In this document: positions 46,393 to 62,118 of the stretch, piece after piece
Numbering within the stretch: the first letter of the stretch is position 1
How the letters are laid out: each line of letters begins with the position of its first letter
Assembly: GCA_963840455.1 (NCBI GenBank)
Contig: CAWIYV010000009.1
Span: 96,001-160,000, forward strand
Direction: 5' to 3'
From: Nitrospirota bacterium
GTDB lineage: Bacteria > Nitrospirota > UBA9217
DNA length: 64,000 nt
Notes under the pieces: model-generated
The model's database searches: none
Told to the model about the DNA's origin: nothing
What the model saw: only the letters and a program-made list of their open reading frames with translations
Position numbers and translations under genes: made by a program

Positions 46393-49050
46393 ATGACACA
46401 CCGAGGACCGGCCGGCGTTCCGCAAACAACCTATCTCAAGGACTACCGTCCGCCGGACTACCGCGTTGAGACGGTGAACCTGCAATTTGATCTTCACGAA
46501 TCAAGGACGACGGTCAAGTCGCTCCTGACCGTGGTGTGCAACCACGACCGGTGCGAGGGGATCCATCCCTTCGTGCTCCAGGGCAGGGACCTGAAGCTTC
46601 TCAACCTGAAGCTGGACGGACAGCCGCTGTCTGAGCATGACTACAAGATCGAGGGAGAGACCCTGTCGATCATTCCGGTGCCCGACCGGTTCGTGCTCGA
46701 GATCGAGACCGAGTGCGACCCCGCTGCGAACACGGAACTGTCGGGCCTGTACCGGTCCGGCAGCATGTTCTGCACGCAGTGCGAGGCAGAGGGATTCCGA
46801 AAGATCACTTACTATCCGGACCGTCCGGACGTCCTGGCGAAGTTCATGACGACAATCGTTGCCGACAAGAAGAAGTATCCCGTGCTCCTGTCCAACGGGA
46901 ACTTGATCGGTTCGGGCGACCTGCAGGACGACAGGCACTTCGCCAAGTGGCACGACCCGTTCCCCAAACCGGCATATCTCTTCGCCCTCGTGGCGGGGGA
47001 CCTGGCGCGCATCGAGGACCGGTTCACCACCCTGTCGGGGAGGGAGGTGACGCTCCATATCTATGTGCAGCACCACAACCGGGACAAGTGCGGCCATGCC
47101 ATGGATTCGCTCAAGAAGGCCATGAAATGGGACGAGGAGACCTATGGCAGGGAATACGACCTTGACCTGTTCATGATCGTGGCGACCGACGACTTCAACA
47201 TGGGCGCCATGGAGAACAAGGGCCTGAACATCTTCAATTCCAAGTATGTCCTGGCGGACGAGAGGACCGCCACGGACAGCGACTTCCAGGGCATCATGGG
47301 CGTCGTGGGCCATGAGTACTTCCACAACTGGTCAGGCGACCGGGTCACGTGCCGCGACTGGTTCCAGCTTTCGCTCAAGGAAGGGTTCACGGTCTTCCGG
47401 GACCAGCAGTTCATGGAGGACATGATGTCGCGGGGCGTGGAGCGCATCGGCGACGCGAACCTCCTGCGCACCCACCAGTTCCGCGAGGACGCCGGGCCGA
47501 TGGCCCACCCGGTGCGGCCCGAATCCTATGTGGAGATCAACAATTTCTACACCATGACGGTGTATAACAAGGGAGCGGAAGTGATCCGCATGATGCGGAC
47601 CCTCCTCGGGCCCGAGGGCTTCCGGAACGGCACGGACCTTTACTTCTCGCGCCACGATGGACAGGCGGTCACGACCGACGATTTCGTGAAAGCCATGGAG
47701 GACGCGACCGGGACAGACTTGGTCCAGTTCCGGCTCTGGTACACCCAGGCGGGCACGCCGGAACTGACCGTGACGCGGCGCTATGATCCGCTGGAGAAGA
47801 CCTACACTATGACGATACGGCAGTCCTGCCCCGCCACTCCCGGACAACCGGTCAAGAAGCCGTTCCATATCCCGGTCGCCGTCGGTCTCCTCGGGAAGGA
47901 CGGGAAGGACGTCCATCTCCACCTGATGGGGGAGAAGCATGCGGCAGCCGGAACACGGGTCCTTCACGTGAGAAGGGAAGAGGAACGTTTCACCTTCATC
48001 AATATGCGTGACGAACCAGTGCCCTCCATCCTGCGCGGGTTTTCTGCCCCGGTAAAGGTGAAGATAGACCTGTCCGACGACGAACGGCTTTTCCTGATGG
48101 CCCACGACAGCGATGAGTTCAACCGCTGGGATGCCGGCCAGCAGCTCGCCGTGAAGCTCCTTCTGGAGCTCGTGGAGGACAATCAGCAGGGCAGACCGCT
48201 CGTGCTGGACAATATGTTCATCGATGCGTTTAAAGAGACGCTGGAGAGCGGGATGGACGACAGGATGTTCCAGGCCTTTGCGCTGGCGCTCCCGTCAGAG
48301 ACCTACCTTGCCGACTTCATGCCGGTCATCGATCCCGAGGCCATCCACGCGGCCAGGAGGTTCGTGCAGCAGACCCTTGCCGCGGTCCTGAAGGACCCGT
48401 TCCTTGCCGTCTATCGAGCGAACGAGGAGCCCGGGTCGTACCGCATCGACCCGCTGGCCATGGGGAAACGGAGCCTCAAGAACACCTGCCTCGGCTACCT
48501 GATGGAGCTGGATGACGATGATGATGTCCTCCGCCTGTGCGTGGACCAGTACCGGACCGGCGGGAACATGACCGATGTGATGGCCGCGCTTGTGAACCTG
48601 GCGAACAGCGACCGTCCGGAGCGGGCCGGGGCCCTCGCCTCGTTCTACGAGACATGGAAGAACGATCCCCTCGTCATGGACAAGTGGCTGGCGATCCAGG
48701 CGACGTCACGTCTGCCGGGCACGCTGGGGACGGTGAAGGCGCTCCTGACGCACCCGGTCTTCACCCTCAGGAACCCGAACAAGGTGCGGGCGCTCATCGG
48801 CGCGTTCGCGTCGAATTCCGTGCGGTTCCACGATCTCTCCGGTGAAGGATATGCGTTCGTCGCCGACCAGGTGCTGGCCATCGACCCGATGAATCCCCAG
48901 ATCGCGGCGCGGCTGGTATCTTCGTTCACTATGTGGAAGCGCTACGAGGAGAAGCGGAAGGCGCTGATGAAAGGCCAGCTGGAGCGGATGCGGAGCGCGC
49001 AGAACCTGTCCAAAGATGTGTTCGAGATCGTTTCAAAAAGCCTGGCGTGA
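46393..49050 (+). CDS. pepN: Aminopeptidase N
   Basis: [29 protein letters not shown] and [12 protein letters not shown]. Confidence 0.97.
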   Translation: MTHRGPAGVPQTTYLKDYRPPDYRVETVNLQFDLHESRTTVKSLLTVVCNHDRCEGIHPFVLQGRDLKLLNLKLDGQPLSEHDYKIEGETLSIIPVPDRFVLEIETECDPAANTELSGLYRSGSMFCTQCEAEGFRKITYYPDRPDVLAKFMTTIVADKKKYPVLLSNGNLIGSGDLQDDRHFAKWHDPFPKPAYLFALVAGDLARIEDRFTTLSGREVTLHIYVQHHNRDKCGHAMDSLKKAMKWDEETYGREYDLDLFMIVATDDFNMGAMENKGLNIFNSKYVLADERTATDSDFQGIMGVVGHEYFHNWSGDRVTCRDWFQLSLKEGFTVFRDQQFMEDMMSRGVERIGDANLLRTHQFREDAGPMAHPVRPESYVEINNFYTMTVYNKGAEVIRMMRTLLGPEGFRNGTDLYFSRHDGQAVTTDDFVKAMEDATGTDLVQFRLWYTQAGTPELTVTRRYDPLEKTYTMTIRQSCPATPGQPVKKPFHIPVAVGLLGKDGKDVHLHLMGEKHAAAGTRVLHVRREEERFTFINMRDEPVPSILRGFSAPVKVKIDLSDDERLFLMAHDSDEFNRWDAGQQLAVKLLLELVEDNQQGRPLVLDNMFIDAFKETLESGMDDRMFQAFALALPSETYLADFMPVIDPEAIHAARRFVQQTLAAVLKDPFLAVYRANEEPGSYRIDPLAMGKRSLKNTCLGYLMELDDDDDVLRLCVDQYRTGGNMTDVMAALVNLANSDRPERAGALASFYETWKNDPLVMDKWLAIQATSRLPGTLGTVKALLTHPVFTLRNPNKVRALIGAFASNSVRFHDLSGEGYAFVADQVLAIDPMNPQIAARLVSSFTMWKRYEEKRKALMKGQLERMRSAQNLSKDVFEIVSKSLA

Positions 49051-49114
49051 TGCTGCACTGCGGTCGAAACGCTCCCTATCGGGCCTCCCAAGATCGAGAA
49101 CATGTCCCGTTTCA

Positions 49115-49194
49115 TGAATCCAGGAGCGGGCGATAAGGATACACATTCTACCCTGAGAATCGAAGATTCCCTTCAGCTTTTTGCAGGGAGCTTC
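49115..49194 (+). mobile_element. Miniature element copy 7 (left hairpin deleted)
   Basis: atgaa|tccaggagcgggcgat..gaatcgaagattcccttcagctttttgcagggagcttc. Confidence 0.7.
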
Positions 49195-49294
49195 GGTTGG
49201 ATCGAACCCGAAACAGTGGTCTTCCGTTATCTTCGTATCTCCCTGCTCTCTTAACAACGATGAGCGTCACGATGGAAGAACACCGCTTCTGAAC

Positions 49295-49810
49295 TCACCG
49301 CTCAGGAACACCACTCGCGTCCTGCCCTGCCTGGACCGTATGCACCAGCGACAGCTCGTCGCTTGAAAAGACCTTGTCGATGTCCAGGACAATGATGAAC
49401 CCGTCGCCCCGTTTTCCCATCCCCTTGATGAACTCCGTGTTCAGGCGCGTCCCGATGCGCGGCGCAGACCGGAGCGCGTCAGCACCGAGCTCGATCACTT
49501 CCTGGACGGAGTCCGCCAGCGCACCCAGGAGCGTTGTCTCGCCGTCCACCTCGATCTCGGTGATGATCACGCAGGTGTTCACCGACTTCTCTGTCATGGT
49601 CATGCCGAACTTGAGCCGAAGGTCCGCCACGGGGACCATGCTTCCCCGAAGGTTAATCACGCCCCGCAGGAATGCCGGCGTCCGAGGCACCTTCGTCACG
49701 GTCGTGAAATCCAGCACCTCGCGGACCTTGGAGATGTCCAGCGCAAACACCTCGTCGCCGAGCCTGAAGGTCAGATACTGCGTCGCGGCCATTACGCCAT
49801 CCGCCACCAT
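49295..49810 (-). CDS. cheW: Chemotaxis protein CheW
   Basis: QYLTFRL..FALDISKVREV and GVINLRG..VPVADLR. Confidence 0.95.
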   Translation of the reverse strand: MVADGVMAATQYLTFRLGDEVFALDISKVREVLDFTTVTKVPRTPAFLRGVINLRGSMVPVADLRLKFGMTMTEKSVNTCVIITEIEVDGETTLLGALADSVQEVIELGADALRSAPRIGTRLNTEFIKGMGKRGDGFIIVLDIDKVFSSDELSLVHTVQAGQDASGVPER

Positions 49811-49927
49811 AGGAACCTCCTGGGCGATTTATGATTTTCGATTACGGACTGCCGGATGGACGCATCGGGCATACATTCATTGTTCCTGATTTCAAATCCG
49901 CAATCAGAAACCTGCGGTTCGCAATTA

Positions 49928-51505
49928 TCAGAACTGCTCGAACTCCCTGTCCCGGTCGTCGCCGTTCCCGCCGGCCTCATGACGACCGATATCAATCTTC
50001 ACGCCTGCCTGCCTCGCCGCGTGATGCGACGGATGCTTCCCGGCAACGGCGACGTGCGCGACCGGGACGGCGGCGGCAGGAGCGGCCAGCTTTCGGGGCG
50101 TCGCGCAGTTCCGCTCTTCGCCGCTGCTCCCGACCCTGAAGAATCCTACGGTTTCCAGGAGCTGGTCCGCCTGGGAGGACAGCTCCTGGGCCGTTGACGC
50201 CATCTCCTCGGCAGCGCCGGCGTTCTGTTGGATCACCTTGTTCAACTGCTGGATCGAGCTGTTGATCTGGTCCGCGCCCGATGCCTGTTCCTTGCTCGAT
50301 GCGCTGATCTCCTGCACCAGCTCCGCCGTCTTCTGGATGTCCGGCACGAGCTTGGTCAGCATGGATCCGGCTCGCTCCGCGACACCGACGCTCGAGTTGG
50401 ACAGCCGGCTGATCTCCGCCGCAGCCACCTGGCTCCGTTCCGCGAGCTTCCGGACCTCGGCCGCTACCACGGCGAACCCTTTGCCGTGCTCGCCGGCCCG
50501 GGCCGCCTCGATCGCCGCGTTCAGCGCCAGGAGGTTCGTCTGGCGGGCGATCTCCTCGATGATCGATATTTTCCCCGCAATGTCCTTCATGGCGCTCACG
50601 GCCTCGGACACGGCCTGCCCGCTCACCAGGGCGTCGTCGGCGCTCCTCTGGGCGATCTTTTCGGTGGCGATGGCGTTGTCGGCGTTCTGCCTGATCGTGG
50701 CATGCATCTCCTCAATGGATGCCGATGCCTCCTCGGCCGACGCGGCCTGCTCCGTCGTGCCCTGGGACATCTGTTCTGACCCGGCAGAGAGCTGGCGGCT
50801 GCCGGACGCCACATTGTCCGCAGAGGTCTTGACACCCACGACGACGTCCTTGAGCTTCAGGACCATGGCCTTGATTGAGTTGAACAGCATGCCGATCTCG
50901 TCTCCCGATTCCGCCTCGACGGCCTGGGTCAGATCGCCGGTCGCGACCTGCTCGACGATGGCGTTCAAGCGGCCGATGGGCCGGACCGCCAGAAGGAGGA
51001 AGAGGACGTAGACGACGAGGGAGATCAGCAGGAAAGTGGCGATGGCAAGTGCGAAGAGTATGGCCTGTGACTGCCGGAGCGCATCCTTTATGTGAGCGGT
51101 GGAGTAGCCGATCGTGACCGACCCGATCTGCTCGCTCTGCTGCATGATGGGGCTGGTGAATTCCATGAGGTCCACCGTGTTCGTTCCCTCTTTCTTCCTC
51201 CTGGTCAGTTCTTTTCCGTCCTTGTCCTGGATGACCGCGTAAATGATGTCCTCATCGCCTGAGGAGACGTACTGCGCGTGGTTTTCGAGATAGGAAAAAT
51301 TGAAGCTCAAGATCGGCTCTGCGGAGATCGCGGCCAGGATCCTCGCAACATTTTCCCCTTTCCCCCTCAGCTCGTCAACGAGCACGCGTTTTTCGTGCAG
51401 GTTGATGGCCAGGCCGAGGGCGGCAAAGACCAGGGCAAGTGCCAGCAGAATGCTGACCAGGAACTTTCTGGTCAGCGTCCAGTGCTTTATGCCGTTCTGT
51501 ATCAT
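49928..51505 (-). CDS. Methyl-accepting chemotaxis protein (2 TM, periplasmic sensor, HAMP)
   Basis: [40 protein letters not shown]; C-terminal pentapeptide-like EFEQF. Confidence 0.95.
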   Translation of the reverse strand: MIQNGIKHWTLTRKFLVSILLALALVFAALGLAINLHEKRVLVDELRGKGENVARILAAISAEPILSFNFSYLENHAQYVSSGDEDIIYAVIQDKDGKELTRRKKEGTNTVDLMEFTSPIMQQSEQIGSVTIGYSTAHIKDALRQSQAILFALAIATFLLISLVVYVLFLLLAVRPIGRLNAIVEQVATGDLTQAVEAESGDEIGMLFNSIKAMVLKLKDVVVGVKTSADNVASGSRQLSAGSEQMSQGTTEQAASAEEASASIEEMHATIRQNADNAIATEKIAQRSADDALVSGQAVSEAVSAMKDIAGKISIIEEIARQTNLLALNAAIEAARAGEHGKGFAVVAAEVRKLAERSQVAAAEISRLSNSSVGVAERAGSMLTKLVPDIQKTAELVQEISASSKEQASGADQINSSIQQLNKVIQQNAGAAEEMASTAQELSSQADQLLETVGFFRVGSSGEERNCATPRKLAAPAAAVPVAHVAVAGKHPSHHAARQAGVKIDIGRHEAGGNGDDRDREFEQF

Positions 51506-51572
51506 GGCTCCATCTCCTCATCCTCCTCATCCGTTTCCGTCAGGATATGCCGGCAGCGGGGCAGCTTCCGTG

Positions 51573-52433
51573 CTACATCGCCCCGGCGATCTTCGCCGCT
51601 TTGCGGAGATCGTCATAATCCTTATCGGCGACCGGGATAAAGCCCGTGAGACGGGCCGGACCCAGGATCTTTTCGTTCTGCGGATCATTCGGCTTCAGCT
51701 TGAGCAGGGCGGCCTTTACCTTCGCTGCGGTTTCCGGTCTCAGCTTCGATGTGGCAAAGAACGGCCAGTTGGGAAAATAGTCCGTATATCCCACGATCCT
51801 GAGCTGGGAAACATCGAGGGAACCCTTCATTTTATCCAGTTGCTCCTCCCGCACTGCGCCGGCGTCGGCTGTCTTATTAAAGACGGCCATGGTCACGTTC
51901 TCGTGGGTCTTCGCGTAGGGCAACGTGATGATGTCCTTGTCCACGTTCAATCCCGCCCGGCTCAGGAGGAGCTTCTGGAAGATGTGCCCGGCTGGTGAAT
52001 CCTCCTCAACGAAACTGAACTTCTTGCCTTTCAGGTCCTGCAGTGTGGCAATGCCGCTGTCCTTTCGCACGATGATGATGCCCCGGAGTCGCGTGCCGCT
52101 TTTCACCTCGGACGACAGGGCGAGGGGCTCGATGTTGATCTTGTCCTTTATCTGGATGTAGAGGAGCGGATTGACGAATCCGATGTCCGTCTGCCCCGCC
52201 TTCACCGCCTCCTTGACGCCGTCGAAGCTCTTTGGTACGACAAGCGTCACTTTTTCCCCGGTCTCCTTGGCCAGGTACTCGGCAAGGGGATTGTACATCG
52301 CCTGCAGCTCCGCAGCGCTGAGACGGGGCACTGTCACGAACTTTATCTCAGCCGCCGCCGCGGTCGGGCGGAGCAGTCCGACCACGCCCAGACAAAGCAC
52401 CGCAGCTAATATTGTTCCTTTGAACCTATTCAT
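51573..52433 (-). CDS. PhnD-like phosphate/phosphonate-type substrate-binding protein
   Basis: Signal peptide; YNPLAEYLAKETG, GIIIVRKDSGI..LKGKKF..DSPAG and HENV..ADAGAVRE. Confidence 0.85.
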   Translation of the reverse strand: MNRFKGTILAAVLCLGVVGLLRPTAAAAEIKFVTVPRLSAAELQAMYNPLAEYLAKETGEKVTLVVPKSFDGVKEAVKAGQTDIGFVNPLLYIQIKDKINIEPLALSSEVKSGTRLRGIIIVRKDSGIATLQDLKGKKFSFVEEDSPAGHIFQKLLLSRAGLNVDKDIITLPYAKTHENVTMAVFNKTADAGAVREEQLDKMKGSLDVSQLRIVGYTDYFPNWPFFATSKLRPETAAKVKAALLKLKPNDPQNEKILGPARLTGFIPVADKDYDDLRKAAKIAGAM

Positions 52434-52987
52434 AACGAGATGTCCTCCCTAGAGAATTATTAACGTGCCGGATTGAGCTCCTATTAATCCAATATAATGC
52501 AATATGTACGCCAGTCATCAGTCATCTGTTTGCGTGTGCACCGGAATGATGCTATGTGAAGCCGAATGTAATTTTCTGCTTTCGAGAAGGAACCGCATTC
52601 GAGCGGCCATCGGCGCAGATGTATTTCAATACATTGAAATTTCCTGCTGTTCACCGCTCTCGGCCACCATGATGAAATGCAGTTCGCATATCATGCCTGA
52701 GTGATGTATAAAAGCTTCTTTTGCTTCGAAGGGACGCCGAGCGGGTCTCAAGAACGAGACGTTTCGAAACAGCGAATCTTGTGAATGAGACAAACGGCAT
52801 TTCCCTGATCGAAGGTCGAACATCATAATTTCGGCGTAAATCATCGTTTTGCCACCTGGCGCGACCGTGATGTGGCTTCTGGTATGAATACTGCATTTTT
52901 TGTGGAAGCGAAAGGACCGTGAACAGTCCAACTTCATACTATGTGATGAGCATCATGCTGACCACGAACACGAACAGGAGCGGAAAC

Positions 52988-56818
<3,831 letters not shown>

Positions 56819-56886
56819 AACGGCCTGGCTTGCTGCGGGAACAAGGACAGGACGTCACGAACAACGCATAAGGAGGCACTTCCCTG

Positions 56887-57969
56887 ATGCCCATATTCAT
56901 GATCGGAACGCAGCGCTCGGGATCGAACCTGCTGCGGCTGATGCTGAACCAACTGCCCGAAATCGCAGCACCGCATCCGCCGCACATCCTCCAGCGGCTC
57001 ATGCCGCTGGTGGCTGCATACGGCGACCTGGCCGCTGACGAAAATTTCGGCCAGCTTGTCGAGGACGTTTGCCGTCTGGTGGAATTGAACCCCGTGCCGT
57101 GGGAAGGGGTAGCCCTGGACCGGGAGGATGTGGCCGGCCGCTGCCGGGAGCGGAGCCTGGTGGCTGTGCACGGCGCGGTGTATGACGTCTGCGCCGAGGC
57201 AAAGGGGGCGAAGACGTGGTGCTGCAAGAGTCTGGCGAACATCGCCTTCGTTCCGCAGATCGAGGGTTATTTCCGGGAGCCGCGCTACATCTATCTCTAC
57301 CGTGACGGACGGGACGTGGCGGTCTCGTTCCGCAAGGCCGTGGTGGGCGAGAAGCACTGTTACCACATCGCCAGGGAGTGGGCCGCCACCCAGGAACTGG
57401 CCATCGCGCTCCGGCGGAAGATCGAACCAGAGCGCTTCCTGAGCATCAGCTACGAGGAGCTCACGGGCGATCCCCGGAGAACGGCCCGGCTGATCTGCGC
57501 GTTCCTCGGGGTACCATACCGGGACTCCATGCTGGACTACCACCACACGGATGAGGCGAGGCGCGCCGCAACGTCGAGCGAGCTCTGGGTCAACGTGACC
57601 AGCCCCGTGATGAAAAACAACAGCCGCAAATACCTGCACGAAGCGACTGAGCAGGACATCCGCATCTTCGAGTCCGTGGCAGGGCCGTTGCTTGATGCCC
57701 TCGGGTATGATCGCGCTTTCGTGAAGCGGGGAGAGGAACAGATATTCACCGAGGCCGACATCGAGGCCTTCGGCTCTGAGAATGACCGGATCAAGGAGGA
57801 TATGCGGAAGCTCATCGATCCGGCGGACCTCATGCGTCGCGACCTCCAAGCGGGGCTGCTGAAAGGGATCAAGGACCGGCAGACGGCACGGACGGAGGAG
57901 ACGAGGAACATCCCGATCCTGCTGTACGATCAGGGCAAGCCCAAAACAGCCAGGAAGCCTTTACATTAA
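56887..57969 (+). CDS. Sulfotransferase family protein
   Basis: PIFMIGTQRSGSNLL (5'-PSB), RDGRDVAVS (3'-PB) and YEEL..LG. Confidence 0.9.
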   Translation: MPIFMIGTQRSGSNLLRLMLNQLPEIAAPHPPHILQRLMPLVAAYGDLAADENFGQLVEDVCRLVELNPVPWEGVALDREDVAGRCRERSLVAVHGAVYDVCAEAKGAKTWCCKSLANIAFVPQIEGYFREPRYIYLYRDGRDVAVSFRKAVVGEKHCYHIAREWAATQELAIALRRKIEPERFLSISYEELTGDPRRTARLICAFLGVPYRDSMLDYHHTDEARRAATSSELWVNVTSPVMKNNSRKYLHEATEQDIRIFESVAGPLLDALGYDRAFVKRGEEQIFTEADIEAFGSENDRIKEDMRKLIDPADLMRRDLQAGLLKGIKDRQTARTEETRNIPILLYDQGKPKTARKPLH

Positions 57970-58209
57970 AGGGCGGGCAGAGGGGACAACGGCCATGCCG
58001 AATGAGCTGCGCGGTTTCGGCATGCCATCAGCGCACATCGTGGGCCGCGACAAGGTCCGCCCGATACCACGCGGCAATAAGCGGCACCCGTGACCTCGCA
58101 TCGCTGCCCGTGCGAAAGACCGATGCGATCACCCCGCTGGCATGACGATCGTTGACATAGCGGTCACCCTGTCGCCTTGTCCATCCGGCTTCTGCGCGGA
58201 TTCATCTCT

Positions 58210-60204
58210 CTAACGCACTCCTGAACCTGAGCTGGATCTCTCCATGAATAACTTATCGAAATCTGCGGCCGTCACGGCCGGGCTGAAGTAGAATCCCTGC
58301 CCCATGTCGCACCGCAGAAGGTGCAGTATGTTCCTCTGCTCCTCGGTCTCAACTCCTTCCGCGATGGTCTTGAGGTTCAGGCTCCGCGCCATGCCCGTGA
58401 TCGCTGTGACGATCGAGGCGGCATCGGGGTCCTTCGCCACGTCCCTAATGAAGGACATGTCGATCTTGAGATTGTCCACCGGCAGCTTCTTGATGTAGTT
58501 GAGCGAGGAATAGCCGGTGCCGAAGTCGTCAACCGAGATCGAGACGCCCACATCTTTCAGTTTCTTTAGGCGCGTGATCGTCAGGTCCATGTCGTGGATG
58601 CAGATGCTTTCCGTGAGCTCCAGGGTAAGGTGCCGGGGGTCGATGGCGAGGTCCTTGATCGCCTCGGACACCATGTCGATGAAGTTGCGGTGGCGGAATT
58701 GATGGTGGGAAAGGTTCACCGAGACGGAGACGTTCCGGTTGTGTCGTTTCCAGTCCTTGATCTGCCTGCAGGCAGTCCTCAACACCCACTGGCCGACATC
58801 GATGATCAATCCTGTTTCCTCGAGCGTCGGGATGAACTTTGACGGGGGGACGATGCCCATCTCACCGTTGCTCCATCGGATCAGCGCCTCGGCGCCCGCT
58901 ATCCTCTTCGTCGAGAGATCGCAGTAGGGCTGGTACTTCACGTGGTACTCGTCGTTCTTCAGCGCGCTGAAAAGACGTTTCTCCATGAGGTAGAACTCCT
59001 GGATGCCCCTGTTGATATCGGGGCTGAAGACCTGGACCGTGTTCCGTCCCTGGCCTTTTGCGCGCGAGAGCGCCATATCGGCATTCTTGAGCAGCGCCCT
59101 GCTGTCATTGCCGCTGTCCGGATAGTTGGCGATCCCCATGGTGACGGTGAGCACGATGTCCTGGCCGCCGATCATGATCTTCTGGGAGACCGTGTTCCGT
59201 ATGTGTTCGGCAACGGCGGCCGTATCGATGAGCTGAGCGCTGTAGCGGTGGATCACGCCGAACTCATCGCTGCCCAGGCGCGCCACGACATCTCCCTCGG
59301 AGACCGATGCGCGCAGCGTCTCGGAAATGCGCTGCAGCACTTCGTCCCCGACATCGGAGCCGAAGAGGTCGTTGATGTATTTGAACCGGTCGATGTCCAT
59401 GATCAGCACCGAGAGAAAGCTGTCCTCGCGCTGACTGCTTTCAAGCTCCCGCTTCAGCCGTTCGGCGAAGTGCCGCCGGTTCGACGCGCCGGTCAGCGGA
59501 TCATACTTGTCGAGATAATCGATCCGGTCCTCGAGCTGTTTCTGGCGGGTAATGTCGCGCGCGGTCGATACGAACCGCGTGATGCTGCCCTTCCGGTCCA
59601 GGAGCGGCGTTACCTGCTCCAGGATGATGAAGGAACCGCCCTGCTTGTTCCGGCAGTTGACGACGGCACGGAAAGGGTCGCCGGAAAGGACGGTGTCTAG
59701 CATCTCCTGGAACACCTCATCGTCGCGGTACCACGGGAGCCACGGGTCGTTCCGCCTCCCCACGAGGTCCTTTAGTGAATACCCCGTAACGGATTCCACG
59801 GCCTTATTGATGTATTCGATCTTTCCCTTTCTGTGCGCTATCGTGATAAGGTCCCCGGCCAGTTCCGCGGTTTGCGCGAGACGGGACAGCTTCTCTTCCG
59901 TCCTGTGGCGCCGGCCGATCTCCCTCCGGATCAGCGAGAACGAAACCAGAACGATGATGACCGCGGCCAGGCAGAGCGCAATGATCATGATGGTCACACT
60001 GGTCAGGGAGTCGCGAAGGGTGGCGCCTGCAGGTCCCTGCAGAGGCAGGCCTGAAAGCAGGGTAATGATGGCCTCGTAAAGGCCGTATCCGGCCAGGGCC
60101 ATCAGTAAAAGTCCCAGGACGATCGATATGCCGCTCCGTTGCCGGTAAGGGGATGTCACTGTATGCCGCTCCAATCCGCAATGTGAGGGATGCCCTCGGT
60201 GCAC
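58210..60204 (-). CDS. Membrane-anchored PAS-GGDEF-EAL protein
   Basis: Two TM segments, PAS, DIDRFKYIND, RLGSDEF (variant GGDEF), EALIRW, DDFGTGYSS and AEGVE; start uncertain. Confidence 0.92.
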   Translation of the reverse strand: MHRGHPSHCGLERHTVTSPYRQRSGISIVLGLLLMALAGYGLYEAIITLLSGLPLQGPAGATLRDSLTSVTIMIIALCLAAVIIVLVSFSLIRREIGRRHRTEEKLSRLAQTAELAGDLITIAHRKGKIEYINKAVESVTGYSLKDLVGRRNDPWLPWYRDDEVFQEMLDTVLSGDPFRAVVNCRNKQGGSFIILEQVTPLLDRKGSITRFVSTARDITRQKQLEDRIDYLDKYDPLTGASNRRHFAERLKRELESSQREDSFLSVLIMDIDRFKYINDLFGSDVGDEVLQRISETLRASVSEGDVVARLGSDEFGVIHRYSAQLIDTAAVAEHIRNTVSQKIMIGGQDIVLTVTMGIANYPDSGNDSRALLKNADMALSRAKGQGRNTVQVFSPDINRGIQEFYLMEKRLFSALKNDEYHVKYQPYCDLSTKRIAGAEALIRWSNGEMGIVPPSKFIPTLEETGLIIDVGQWVLRTACRQIKDWKRHNRNVSVSVNLSHHQFRHRNFIDMVSEAIKDLAIDPRHLTLELTESICIHDMDLTITRLKKLKDVGVSISVDDFGTGYSSLNYIKKLPVDNLKIDMSFIRDVAKDPDAASIVTAITGMARSLNLKTIAEGVETEEQRNILHLLRCDMGQGFYFSPAVTAADFDKLFMERSSSGSGVR

Positions 60205-60346
60205 CGAACATCATAACACGATAAGGAGCTACTTCAAAGGTGATTATGAACGGGAGTACACTTCGCGGCGGCCCGCTTTGCAGTCTGCCTTAAGTTGTAT
60301 TCCGCTGGAACAGGGGCCTCGCCAAAATCCCGCTGATGTATTATTA

Positions 60347-60483
60347 TTGAATCGAGGAGCGCTCGCATTCCCCGCAGCTTGCTGCGGGGAATGCGAGCGA
60401 TTAGAATGAAATTACTACCTTGAGGATCGAAGATTCCCTGCAGCTTGCAACAGGGAGCTTCAATCCAGGAGCGAGTGCATTCC
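60347..60483 (+). mobile_element. Miniature element copy 8 followed by the start of a tandem copy
   Basis: ttgaa|tcgaggagc..cagggagcttcaa|tccaggagcgagtgcattcc. Confidence 0.8.
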
Positions 60484-60623
60484 TCTCGGTCAACGCAGTC
60501 GGCGGACCGGCTGCCAGGTGCGGGCCCATCGTGCCGGACACCGGAAGGGTGCGTTCATCATACCGGGATTCAGGCAGGGGGCAAGATATTGTCCTCATCA
60601 AGAGGTGTGCGAGGAGGCCTATC

Positions 60624-61130
60624 ATGGGATTCAGGGAAACAAGGCCGGAGCTGTTGACGGACAATCCATTCACGCTCATTGGCGCGGACTGGATGCTCAT
60701 CACTGCGGGGACACATGATGCGTTCAATACCATGACCGCCAGCTGGGGCGGGTTGGGGATCCTGTGGGAGCGGAAGGTCGCCATCTGTTTCATCCGGCCC
60801 ACCCGGTATACCTATGAGTTCGCTGAGCGGTCGCCAGCCTTCACACTGTCGTTCTTCGGGGAGAAGCACCGCAAGGCCTTGACCTACTGCGGCACCCACT
60901 CAGGAAGGGACACGGACAAGGTCGAGGGAGCCGGTCTCACGCCGGTGAAGGAAGGCGGCTTCGTCTATTTCGAGGAGGCCCGGCTCGTACTGGCGTGCAG
61001 GAAGATCTACAGCCAGGACATACTTCCGGAGCGGTTCATAGACCCCAGGATCGAGTCGATGTACCCGCAGAAGGACTACCACCGCATGTACTTCGGCGAG
61101 ATCGTGAAGTGCCTCGCGCAGGGGCAGTGA
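60624..61130 (+). CDS. Flavin reductase family protein
   Basis: GAGGAGG RBS; NTMTASWGG, IRPTRYT, CGTHSGRDTDK and YHRMYFGEI. Confidence 0.9.
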   Translation: MGFRETRPELLTDNPFTLIGADWMLITAGTHDAFNTMTASWGGLGILWERKVAICFIRPTRYTYEFAERSPAFTLSFFGEKHRKALTYCGTHSGRDTDKVEGAGLTPVKEGGFVYFEEARLVLACRKIYSQDILPERFIDPRIESMYPQKDYHRMYFGEIVKCLAQGQ

Positions 61131-61142
61131 GAGGGGACCATC

Positions 61143-61589
61143 ATGGTCAGGGGATGGTGGCGCAGGGCGACGCAGAAACAAAGGAGAGGGTGCCTCGAAC
61201 TCGCCGGCACGCTCTTCCTGATCGGCGTCATCGTCTGGCAGTATGGAAGTCTCGCGCCCCGGGTCATCATCGTCCTGTCCTTCCTGCTGAGCCTTGCCCT
61301 GATCCTGGTCCAGCTGCCGTTCCTGGCAGGCCACTACGGCATCCGTCACTTCCGGCCGTCGCTGGTCGTCCTCATCGTTGTCCTGCCCTTCCTGATATCC
61401 TGGGGATATGAATTCGTATACCGGAAGAACCTGCTGGGGCTCTTTTACGGGGAGTGGTTCGGAACGGAGCAGGCGACCGTATCGGCCCTTGCGGTCATTG
61501 CGCTGCCGCTCCTGTCGTTCCTGTCCGGGAAGTTGAGCAGAAAATACCGGCGAAAATCGCCCGCAGTCGCGGCAGAGGAGGATCGGACC
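61143..61589 (+). CDS. Hypothetical membrane protein, in frame with the downstream cupin
   Basis: About four hydrophobic segments; no stop before the cupin start. Confidence 0.5.
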
Positions 61590-61952
61590 ATGCCGACGTT
61601 CATCGAGAAAGCAGCCGTCATCCAGGCGGCGGGGAACAAGCCGAAGTTCATCGAAGAATATATCGGACGCGTTCACACTGGCACCACCGCGGTCAGCATC
61701 GCGCGCATGCAGAGCCCGTCCGGCTGGACCGAGCCGGGCCAGACCCCGGAGTTCGATGAATATACGCTGGTGCTCAAGGGCATGCTGAGGGTGGAATCGA
61801 GGAGCGGGGCGATCGATGTGCACGCGGGCCAGGCAGTGATCACGCTGAGGGGCGAGTGGATACGGTACAGCTCCCCGGGGCCTGATGGTGCTGAATACAT
61901 TGCGGTTTGCCTTCCCGCGTTCTCCCCGGCGACGGTACACCGGGATGCATAG
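61590..61952 (+). CDS. Cupin domain protein (EutQ-like)
   Basis: Own GAGGAGG RBS; KPKFIEEYIGRV, GWTEPGQTPEFDEYT and EYIAVCLPAFSP. Confidence 0.85.
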   Translation: MPTFIEKAAVIQAAGNKPKFIEEYIGRVHTGTTAVSIARMQSPSGWTEPGQTPEFDEYTLVLKGMLRVESRSGAIDVHAGQAVITLRGEWIRYSSPGPDGAEYIAVCLPAFSPATVHRDA

Positions 61953-62118
61953 GTTGTTCTAACGTTTCCTGACGATCATGACCTGAGCGGACGATCTTCC
62001 TGTCCATGACATCCTGAGCCAGAAGCAACAGGCCGGGCCCGTATTTGATACAATTAAACCAGGGAACAGATAGGTTGATGCCGAGGGAGGGGACGTCGTT
62101 CGCCGGGAGGAGGGCACG

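Noticed and set aside
52440-52980. Small ORFs or ncRNA in the AT-rich divergent gap
   Set aside because: No RBS-supported ORF or convincing structure; most likely promoter DNA.
60420-60623. N-terminal extensions of the flavin reductase, clsB (8367) and ACT protein (36435) ORFs
   Set aside because: They are translations of the miniature repeat element; more plausible starts lie downstream.
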